From: an uncultured Bacteroidales bacterium
GTDB taxonomy: Bacteria > Bacteroidota > Bacteroidia > Bacteroidales > UBA1402
Direction of reading: 5' to 3'
DNA: 64,000 nt
Assembly: GCA_964575345.1 (NCBI GenBank)
Contig: CAZNQD010000008.1
Location: 620 to 64,619, forward strand
Shown here in pieces: positions 56,965-64,000 of this stretch (position 1 is the first letter of the stretch; every line of letters begins with the position of its first letter). The notes under the pieces are model-generated. The model did no database searches. It was not told the DNA's origin and saw only the letters and a program-made list of their open reading frames with translations. The position numbers were made by a program, and so were the translations under genes.

Positions 56965-58410
56965 TTATTGTACGCGTAATCTGGCTACCGGTATTTTTAA
57001 TTGCAAACGGTATTTGGAAATGGTGCGCCTGGCGACCAGATAGCCTTTTTCCTGCATGATTTTTTCCAGATCGTCGTCGGTATAGGGCTTGCTTTTGTCT
57101 TCGTTGTCGATGATCTCCTGCAAAACATTTTTTACCCTGATGGTAGATACTTCTTCTCCGGTGTCGGTTTGAAGTGATTCTGAAAAGAAATATTTCAAGG
57201 GAAAGACACCAAAAGCCGTTTGTACGTATTTACTGCTCGAAACTCTTGATATAGTGGAAATATCGTAAGAGGTGATGTTGGCAATGTCTTTGAGGATCAT
57301 CGGCCTGATCTTTTTTTCGTTGCCGCTCAGGAAGAACTCCATTTGATAGTCCAGGATGGCCTGCATGGTGCTGAGCAGGGTTTGCTGACGTTGTTTTATA
57401 GCTTCGATAAACCAATACGCCGCTTCGACTTTTTGACGGGCAAAAACGGCTGCATTTTTGGTTTCCATGCTTTGTTTGTGTGGATTGGCATTGAAATCAT
57501 GAAGCAATTTAAGGTAGCGGCTGCTTACGTGAATCTCGGGTAAGTTGCCTTCGTTGAGGCTGAGAACGAGATTGCCGTCAATATTCTCGACGATAAAATC
57601 CGGAATGACCTGTTTGCCTGACTCGCCCGATATTCCTTCCCAGGCGTTACCGGGTTTGGGATTGAGTTTGAGAATTTCTCCAACTATTGCGTCGTATTCC
57701 TCGCGGCTGATGCCCCATTTGTGGAGGATGCGGTCGTGGTGCCTGTGGGAAAAGTCTTCGAAAAACTGTTCCAGCAGATAGATAGCCTGTCCTGTCAAAA
57801 CTGTCTTTGGTTTTCGGTAAAGTTGCAATAACAGGCAGTTTTTAAGATTTAAGGCAGCAACACCGGCAGGTTCAAAATCCTGAATCACCCTGAGCATCCT
57901 GTTCATTTCGTCCGGGGAGACCTCTTTGAATGCCTGAAAAGAAATCTGATCGGAAACCGTTTCGAGAGGAATGCGCAGATAACCGTCGTCATCGATGTTT
58001 CCTATGAGGTATTCACCGATTATTTTTTCGTTTTCGGTGAGGTTCAGCACATTGAGCTGTTGCATCAGAAAATCATGCAAAGACAAGACGCCGGAGCCGA
58101 AAAAAGTTTCCTTACGGGCAGGGGTGTTTTTGTCGTATTCCCGGTTCCCGTATGGTTCGTCGTCGTCGTGAGGGAGATAATCATCAAGGTCATTGAAATC
58201 GTCCTGCTGTTCTTCTGTTTCCTCTTCGAGGCCCTGTTCTTTTTCGATGCTCTCGGGATCTTCTCCCAGTTCCAGGGCGGGATTTTCGTCCACCTCCCGC
58301 AGGATGCGTTCTTCCATTTCCAATTCAGGAACCTCCAGCAGCTTGATTCTTAAAATTTGCTGTGGAGAAAGCTTTTGTTGAAGTTTTAACGAAAGTTCCT
58401 GGTGCAACAT
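56965..58410 (-). CDS. rpoN: RNA polymerase sigma-54 factor
   Basis: RpoN box ARRTISKYR, an HTH upstream of it, and an acidic region II. Confidence 0.96.
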   Translation of the reverse strand: MLHQELSLKLQQKLSPQQILRIKLLEVPELEMEERILREVDENPALELGEDPESIEKEQGLEEETEEQQDDFNDLDDYLPHDDDEPYGNREYDKNTPARKETFFGSGVLSLHDFLMQQLNVLNLTENEKIIGEYLIGNIDDDGYLRIPLETVSDQISFQAFKEVSPDEMNRMLRVIQDFEPAGVAALNLKNCLLLQLYRKPKTVLTGQAIYLLEQFFEDFSHRHHDRILHKWGISREEYDAIVGEILKLNPKPGNAWEGISGESGKQVIPDFIVENIDGNLVLSLNEGNLPEIHVSSRYLKLLHDFNANPHKQSMETKNAAVFARQKVEAAYWFIEAIKQRQQTLLSTMQAILDYQMEFFLSGNEKKIRPMILKDIANITSYDISTISRVSSSKYVQTAFGVFPLKYFFSESLQTDTGEEVSTIRVKNVLQEIIDNEDKSKPYTDDDLEKIMQEKGYLVARRTISKYRLQLKIPVARLRVQ

Positions 58411-58437
58411 CTTGTTCCGTCAATAAAAATGTCTGTG

Positions 58438-58445
58438 CAAAAGTA
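58438..58445 (-). promoter_or_regulatory. Bacteroidota-type -7 box
   Basis: The reverse complement reads TACTTTTG, 27 nt upstream of the rpoN ATG at 58410. Confidence 0.45.
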
Positions 58446-58476
58446 GCATTTTTCGATTGAATCCCCAGCAACTTAG

Positions 58477-60141
58477 TTAATAATGAAAACTGCTGCCTCC
58501 CACAAATTCTCTTAGTACCGAAGTAGGAGGAATTTCCCAATCAGTAATGGGAATAAAGTAATTCAAGAAGCGTAGCAGGCGTCTCGCTTCGGAGTACTCG
58601 ACGCAATTCTGAGGGACTTCTCTCAATATGGGCTCTATGTAATTTTTTAATACAGAGAATTCAAAGATTAGTGCCGAATTGAACATGGCATCGGCATTCT
58701 CCTGGAAGGGGAAAATCCATTTGTCTTCTCCGGCGCGTACACTTTCCCAGCGGGCAATGGTTTCTTTGGCCGAAGTGCCCCGGTAGCGGGAATCCCGGAT
58801 AATTCTCCGAATCAGCCTGTTGTCCGTGGTTGGAATCCGGTTGTGTTTATCCAGCGAAATGGCGGTGAGGGCAGAAATATACAATTTAAACTGAGCCTCT
58901 GCCGGAACGTTTTTCAATAATTCGGGATTTAGTGCGTGAATGCCTTCCAGGATAAGTATGTTTTGTGGCGTCAACTTGATTTTATTGCCTTTGTATTCTT
59001 TGGTTCCCAGGGTAAAATTAAAGCTGGGAATTTCCACTTCCTGCCCTTCGAGTATATTATGCAGATCGCGGTTGAAAAGATCCAAATCTAAGGCATAAAG
59101 CGATTCATAATCAAATTCACCCTTTTCGTCCCTGGGTGTCTGGCCTCTTTCCAAAAAATAATCATCCATCGAAATGGCTATCGGGCGTATCCCCAGGGCA
59201 AGCAACTGTATGGATAAACGTTTGCTGAAGGTGGTTTTGCCCGACGAAGAAGGCCCTGAAATCAACACTATCCGAATTTTGCCCAGGCCTTTGGCAATGG
59301 TATCTGCCAACAGGGCAATCTTTTTTTCCTGCAAAGCTTCGGCTACTTTGATCAGCTCTGTTGCCTTGCCCTGAAGGCACATAAGATTCAGATCGCCCAC
59401 GTAGCGGAGATCCATTATCTTGTTCCAACGGACAAATTCCCTGAAAACATCCTGCATTTTGTGTTGAGGCACCAAAGGTGCCGCTTCAGAGGGATTTAAT
59501 CTTGAGGGGATGCGCAACAAATAATCGTCCAGGTAGGGAATCAGGTCAAAATTCTTGTTGATGCCCGATGAATAGGCCAAAGCTCCGTAATAATAATCGA
59601 TATGTTCCCCCATTTTGCAATAAGTAGTGTAGAGGCTGCCAAAAGTAGTCAGCAAATCGACAATGTCTTTTCTGCCTTTTTTCCGGAACAATTCAATAAC
59701 GACGGACGTTTCTTCTTCTACGCTATCTATGGGATTGTCGGCTTCAATAAATTCAAGCACCCTTTTTTTGATGGCATCAAGATCTTCCGGGGTGCAGACA
59801 CGATTCAGATCCAGTTCACAATAATAGCCGTTCGAAACGGAATGTTCAATTCTGAAAGTGCCCTCAGGGAAAAGTTCGTAAATGGCCGAGGAGATCAAAA
59901 AAGTCAGGGTGCGGACATATACGCGCATGCCCGAGGCTGAGTTTATTTCGATGAATTCTACTCTTTTGGGATTGTACAATTCATAGTTCAAACTTTCGGT
60001 TTTGTTGTTTACTCTGGCCGCAATAGGTTCTATATTGAGTTCCTGCGAAAGTTGTTGGTAAACTTCCAGTAAAGTTACCCCCATGGGCATGAGCATACTT
60101 TTGTTGTTGTTCACGCAAAAAAGACGAGCGGTTTTTGACAT
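58477..60141 (-). CDS. Nucleoside (uridine-type) kinase with an N-terminal TGS-like domain
   Basis: P-loop LISGPSSSGKTTFSKRL in the centre of a 554-aa protein. This architecture is common in Bacteroidota. Confidence 0.8.
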   Translation of the reverse strand: MSKTARLFCVNNNKSMLMPMGVTLLEVYQQLSQELNIEPIAARVNNKTESLNYELYNPKRVEFIEINSASGMRVYVRTLTFLISSAIYELFPEGTFRIEHSVSNGYYCELDLNRVCTPEDLDAIKKRVLEFIEADNPIDSVEEETSVVIELFRKKGRKDIVDLLTTFGSLYTTYCKMGEHIDYYYGALAYSSGINKNFDLIPYLDDYLLRIPSRLNPSEAAPLVPQHKMQDVFREFVRWNKIMDLRYVGDLNLMCLQGKATELIKVAEALQEKKIALLADTIAKGLGKIRIVLISGPSSSGKTTFSKRLSIQLLALGIRPIAISMDDYFLERGQTPRDEKGEFDYESLYALDLDLFNRDLHNILEGQEVEIPSFNFTLGTKEYKGNKIKLTPQNILILEGIHALNPELLKNVPAEAQFKLYISALTAISLDKHNRIPTTDNRLIRRIIRDSRYRGTSAKETIARWESVRAGEDKWIFPFQENADAMFNSALIFEFSVLKNYIEPILREVPQNCVEYSEARRLLRFLNYFIPITDWEIPPTSVLREFVGGSSFHY

Positions 60142-60214
60142 AGCAGTACTGAAAAAAATCAGCCCTAAGGTACAATTAATTTTCCATAGATTCTGTAATT
60201 AAAAAAGTTTCACT

Positions 60215-60222
60215 TACTTTTG
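60215..60222 (+). promoter_or_regulatory. Bacteroidota-type -7 box
   Basis: TACTTTTG, 36 nt upstream of the Na/Pi transporter ATG at 60259. Confidence 0.45.
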
Positions 60223-60258
60223 CGGGATAAAAGCAGAATTCATATTTATACAGCTTCC

Positions 60259-62079
60259 ATGGACTATTCTTTTTATGATTTCCTCACGCTGATAGGCTCT
60301 TTGGGCCTGTTTCTTTTCGGGATGAAAATGATGAGCGAGGGATTACAAAAAGCAGCAAACAAAAAATTAAAAGAATTCCTTTCGGCCATGACCTCGCACC
60401 GTTACGCGGGAGTCTTTATGGGAATGATGGTAACAGCCATTATCCAGTCTTCTTCAGCTACAACGGTGATGGTGGTTAGTTTCGTCAATGCAGGCCTGAT
60501 AAATCTGGTACAGTCCATAAGCGTTATTATGGGAGCCAATATTGGTACTACTATTACAGCCTGGATCATTTCTGTTTTTGGTTTTAACTTCAATATCAGT
60601 ATTTTATCGCTTCCTTTAATTGGGATTGGTATCATCCCACTAATGTTTTCCAAGAAAAACAGCTACAAAAACATAGGAGAGTTCATTATTGGTTTTGCCA
60701 TTTTGTTTATGGGACTGAGTTTTTTGAAAAGCTCAGTGCCTGATTTGCAAAACAATCCTCAAGCACTGGAATTTTTAGCTAAATATACCAATATGGGCTA
60801 TGGTTCCGTTTTACTGTTTTTATTATTCGGGACTTTGTTAACCATAGTTGTTCAGTCCTCCAGTGCCACTATGGCTATTACCCTGATTATGTGCGCCAAG
60901 GGCTGGATCAATTTTGAAATGGGAGCTGCCATGGTGTTGGGAGAAAACATAGGAACAACAGTGACGGCTAACCTTGCGGCTCTTTCGACCAATATTTCCG
61001 GCAAACGGGCAGCCCTGGCCCATACCACCTTCAACGTCATCGGTGTAATCTGGGTGTTGATTTTGTTTTTCCCTTTTGTGGGTATGGTTCAAAAAATCAT
61101 CATTGGCATAAGCGGTGTTGATCCCAAGCAACTGGATGTCTTTACAGCCAGCCTGGATCCTGGTGTGCTCAAATTGATTTCCGACCCAGGAATAAATCTC
61201 GACGATCCTCAATTATTAAGTTTACGTGAACAATTAACATCCCTGCAGGCCAGTACTTCTTATGCGCTTTCGTTATTTCATACGATGTTCAATATTATCA
61301 ACACAACTTTGTTGATTTGGTTTACTGGAGTGATAGCCAAAATTGTCACCAAGATTATTCCCAAGAAAAAAACCGACGAAGAATTTCAATTACGATATAT
61401 CAGCACCAATCTGCTTTCTGCTTCTGAATTAGCTATTCCCGAAGCAAAAAAAGAAATTGACGATTACATTATCAGAATCCGAAGAATGTTTGATATGGTG
61501 CGTGAATTGTACTATGAAAAACAGGAATCCAACTTTGAGAAAACCTATGCCCGCATATTGAAATACGAAAATATCAGCGACAGGGTAGAACTCGAAATAG
61601 CCACCTTCCTGAATAATGTGTCTGAAGGCCGCCTGAGCGATGAAAGTAAGCATCAGATCAGGCAAATGATTCGCATGACCTCCGAGATAGAAAGTATAGC
61701 GGACAGTTGCCACAACATTGCCAACACCATCAAGAGGCGCAGGGATGCAAATGTGGTCCTGACCGATGAAATGACTGCGCATGTTGAAAGCATGTTTGGC
61801 CTGGCGTATAAACATCTGGAAGATATGGCTAATCTGATTATAAAAAACAGTCACGATACTGCCGAATTAGTCAAAATCAGAGATACGGAAATAGAAATCA
61901 ACAAATACCGTAACCAGTTATATCTGGAAAATGACCTCGATTTAGAGGCCAAAAAGTATACCTATCAGGAAGCCTTGTACTACATTGATATCATACGAGA
62001 ATGTGAAAAGCTGGGCGATTACGTTGTCAATGTGGTCGAAGCCTACAGCGGAGGATCAAAATTGTTTGCCCAAATCTAA
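60259..62079 (+). CDS. Na/Pi cotransporter family protein with a PhoU-like C-terminal domain
   Basis: LFLFGMKMMSEGLQ and a repeated QSSSAT motif, with a helical PhoU-like tail. Start set at ATG 60259, because the ORF-track TTG at 60220 lies inside the -7 box. Confidence 0.9.
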   Translation: MDYSFYDFLTLIGSLGLFLFGMKMMSEGLQKAANKKLKEFLSAMTSHRYAGVFMGMMVTAIIQSSSATTVMVVSFVNAGLINLVQSISVIMGANIGTTITAWIISVFGFNFNISILSLPLIGIGIIPLMFSKKNSYKNIGEFIIGFAILFMGLSFLKSSVPDLQNNPQALEFLAKYTNMGYGSVLLFLLFGTLLTIVVQSSSATMAITLIMCAKGWINFEMGAAMVLGENIGTTVTANLAALSTNISGKRAALAHTTFNVIGVIWVLILFFPFVGMVQKIIIGISGVDPKQLDVFTASLDPGVLKLISDPGINLDDPQLLSLREQLTSLQASTSYALSLFHTMFNIINTTLLIWFTGVIAKIVTKIIPKKKTDEEFQLRYISTNLLSASELAIPEAKKEIDDYIIRIRRMFDMVRELYYEKQESNFEKTYARILKYENISDRVELEIATFLNNVSEGRLSDESKHQIRQMIRMTSEIESIADSCHNIANTIKRRRDANVVLTDEMTAHVESMFGLAYKHLEDMANLIIKNSHDTAELVKIRDTEIEINKYRNQLYLENDLDLEAKKYTYQEALYYIDIIRECEKLGDYVVNVVEAYSGGSKLFAQI

Positions 62080-62124
62080 AAAAAGTAATAATCCCAAATT
62101 TTGTCCGATCCGGAGTTTTTATCT

Positions 62125-62132
62125 TATCTTTG
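62125..62132 (+). promoter_or_regulatory. Bacteroidota-type -7 box
   Basis: TATCTTTG, 53 nt upstream of the FKBP gene ATG at 62186. Confidence 0.4.
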
Positions 62133-62185
62133 CGAACTTTGTTTATAACAGATAGAATTTCAACAACAAATACAAAATTAGAATT

Positions 62186-62896
62186 ATGAAGAAAAATGTA
62201 GTGTTAGCCGTCGTTTTTGCCGGCACCATGTGTTTAAGCTTATGTTTCACCGCCTGTGACGGTAAGGGTGGAAGTAAAGCAATGAAAACCAACGTAGACA
62301 GCCTTAGTTATGCATATGGTGTAGGCCTGGGAGACAATTTGGCACAAAACCTCAGCTCTTTTCCGGCCGAACTGAATATGGATCTGTTTATGGAAGCCTT
62401 CGAGAAAACCATCAAGGGGAAGGTAGAAGATCTCAGCATCCAGCCAGATCAGGCTTACCAGGTATTCCAAAGTTGCCTGGCTGCTATACAAATTGAATCT
62501 GCTCAAAAGAACAAAGAAGAAGCCGGCAAATTCCTGGAAGATAATGCCAAGAAAGAAGGCGTTGTAACTACCGAAAGCGGATTGCAATACGAAGTCCTTT
62601 TGGCGGCCGAAGGTCCCAAACCTTTGGCAACAGACAGAGTTAGCGTGCATTACCACGGCACTCTGCTTGACGGCACCGTTTTTGACAGTTCCGTTGATCG
62701 CGGCGAACCTGCCCAATTTGCATTGAATGGCGTCATACCCGGATGGACCGAAGGCATTCAATTGATGAGCGTGGGTTCAAAATACAAATTTTATTTGCCC
62801 TCTGATTTGGCTTACGGTGACAACGGTGCCGGTGATGTTATTCAGCCGGGTGCCATGTTGATTTTCGAAGTAGAATTGCTCGAAATCCTCAAATAA
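62186..62896 (+). CDS. FKBP-type peptidyl-prolyl cis-trans isomerase lipoprotein (FkpA/FklB-like)
   Basis: Lipobox FTAC and C-terminal FKBP domain (HYHGTLLDGTVFDSS...GVIPGWTEGIQLM...LAYG). Confidence 0.92.
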   Translation: MKKNVVLAVVFAGTMCLSLCFTACDGKGGSKAMKTNVDSLSYAYGVGLGDNLAQNLSSFPAELNMDLFMEAFEKTIKGKVEDLSIQPDQAYQVFQSCLAAIQIESAQKNKEEAGKFLEDNAKKEGVVTTESGLQYEVLLAAEGPKPLATDRVSVHYHGTLLDGTVFDSSVDRGEPAQFALNGVIPGWTEGIQLMSVGSKYKFYLPSDLAYGDNGAGDVIQPGAMLIFEVELLEILK

Positions 62897-62983
62897 TAAA
62901 AGAGAATAAGCTGCTTTATGGTGATTTGCCAGCCATTATTGCCGCCCCGGCAAGCTTGCCGGAGATAAAGCATACCATTTCGG

Positions 62984-63020
62984 GAGTCGTCTTAAAGTTC
63001 GCTTTGAGACGACTTTTTTT
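62984..63020 (+). terminator. Probable intrinsic terminator of the FKBP gene
   Basis: GAGTCGTCT...AGACGACTT stem (8 bp plus a G-U pair), a 14-nt loop and a run of seven T. It overlaps the ribF stop codon region on the other strand. Confidence 0.45.
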
Positions 63021-63924
63021 CCCCCTGTTCAAAAAAGCGCAATACGGCTTCTTTGTCCAATTTGAGTTGATCCGACAGATCTGCAGTGGATGGAAAGCGC
63101 TTTTCGGGCCTCAGGTGTTTTTTGAAATATATAGCGATTTCCTTTTCGTAGATGTCGCCCGAGAAATCCAGGAGATGTACTTCGATACTCCATTGTCTGC
63201 CGTTTTGCAAAGTGGGGCGTTGTCCTATGTTCAACATGCCCGGATATAGTTTGTTTTCGACTTCTGCCGTAACTATATAACTGCCGGGCATGGGGATGAG
63301 TTTATGAGGATCGGAAGGTATAATATTGGCTGTGGGAAAACCAAGTTTGCGACCCACTCTGTAGCCGCTGCCTACTTTGCCTTTGATGGTGTAATCGTAA
63401 CCCAGGGCAGCGTTTGCTTTTATTATTTCTCCTTTTAACAGGGCTTCTCTGATGTAAGAGGAACTAATGGCCCTGGAAGAATCGGGTAGTAAGAACGCCC
63501 CGGCTTTTAGTACCTCAATACCCAGCAAATCGCCGTAACGGCGATAATCGTCAAAGCCTTCTTCGCGGTTTTTACCAAAGTGATGATCATAACCAATCAG
63601 CAAACAAGCGACTTTCCATTCTTTATTCAGGACTTCGTTCATAAATTCGAAAGCCGACATCCGTGCTATTTTTTTTTCGAAATGAACCAGTCGGGTGTAA
63701 TCGGCGCCACAGGCTTGCAACAGAGTTAGTTTTTCGGAACAATCGTTCAATAATTGTGGACAATAATCGCTGTGTAAGACCATTCTGGGGTGAGGCCAAA
63801 AGGCCAGCACCAGCGACGATAGCTTTCTTTCTGCTGCTACTTGACGGAGTGAAGCTATCAATTGTTTATGTCCCAGGTGCACACCGTCAAAAAAACCTAT
63901 AGTGGCTACTGTTTTTTCTCCCAC
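62992..63924 (-). CDS. ribF: Bifunctional riboflavin kinase / FMN adenylyltransferase
   Basis: GFFDGVHLGH nucleotidyltransferase motif and a C-terminal riboflavin kinase part (GFPTANI...RPT...EVHLLDF). GTG start; the frame stays open upstream to the window edge, so the start is not certain. Confidence 0.92.
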   Translation of the reverse strand: MGEKTVATIGFFDGVHLGHKQLIASLRQVAAERKLSSLVLAFWPHPRMVLHSDYCPQLLNDCSEKLTLLQACGADYTRLVHFEKKIARMSAFEFMNEVLNKEWKVACLLIGYDHHFGKNREEGFDDYRRYGDLLGIEVLKAGAFLLPDSSRAISSSYIREALLKGEIIKANAALGYDYTIKGKVGSGYRVGRKLGFPTANIIPSDPHKLIPMPGSYIVTAEVENKLYPGMLNIGQRPTLQNGRQWSIEVHLLDFSGDIYEKEIAIYFKKHLRPEKRFPSTADLSDQLKLDKEAVLRFFEQGEKKSSQSEL

Positions 63925-64000
63925 GACCGGTTCTTTTTTATTTTGGGCTTTTTGAATAAGCCTGCTCTCGCTTGCAGTATTACTTAGTATTTCGGGAAAA

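Noticed and set aside
62947-62962. A perfect 16-bp palindrome, CCGGCAAGCTTGCCGG, downstream of the FKBP gene.
   Set aside because: It is short, contains a HindIII-type AAGCTT core, has no T-run and occurs once. There is too little to call it a site.
1-64000. I looked for tRNA, rRNA, tmRNA, riboswitch-like leaders, IS elements and prophage genes.
   Set aside because: Every intergenic gap except 26915-27311 and 41517-42040 is under about 175 bp, and none shows tRNA-like conserved arms (such as GGTTCGAAT). No transposase or phage-like ORFs are present. Absence of small RNAs cannot be proven by eye.

Overview
This 64-kb window looks like a core chromosomal segment of a Bacteroidota (Bacteroidia-like) genome. 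Three things point that way: a T9SS C-terminal sorting domain, the long insert-containing form of IspG, and TAnnTTTG -7 promoter boxes (rather than Shine-Dalgarno sites) upstream of most operon-leading genes. I call about 52 intact, tightly packed CDS, nearly all housekeeping. On the minus strand these include rimP-nusA-infB-cvpA followed by sufB-pnuC-(small ORF)-sufC-sufD-sufS-sufE; queH, an alpha-2-macroglobulin gene and pbpC; ychF and polA; spmAB-ybeY-mnmG-uvrC-dtd-mazG; xerD-etfB-M48 peptidase; rpoN-gcvH-purE-ispG; a TGS/uridine-kinase gene; and ribF. On the plus strand they include a membrane AraC regulator, an OmpA-like lipoprotein, gpmI-DUF3109, an esterase, a PCMD-like protein, mutS, a polyprenyl synthase, ruvB with a flippase, aroQ-OMT-rbfA-lolE-like-T9SS serine protease, a TPR lipoprotein, a Na/Pi transporter and an FKBP isomerase. 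I found no rRNA, tRNA, CRISPR array, transposase, phage genes or obvious island boundaries, and I do not see a convincing new multi-gene system. The most unusual signals are non-coding. The first is a perfect 3 x 145-bp tandem array of hairpin-dense repeats between spmAB and ruvB (41550-41978), which also multiplies a promoter-like box six-fold. The second is a 397-bp AT-rich gap upstream of mutS holding seven DnaA-box-like 9-mers. Coding oddities are a PolA whose 3'-5' exonuclease carboxylates are substituted, a pnuC gene plus a small basic membrane ORF inserted inside the suf operon, an etfB with no adjacent etfA, a thioester-bearing alpha-2-macroglobulin paired with PBP1C, and a terminator-like hairpin in the rimP-nusA-infB leader. 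All family assignments come from motif recognition by eye; no database search was possible.
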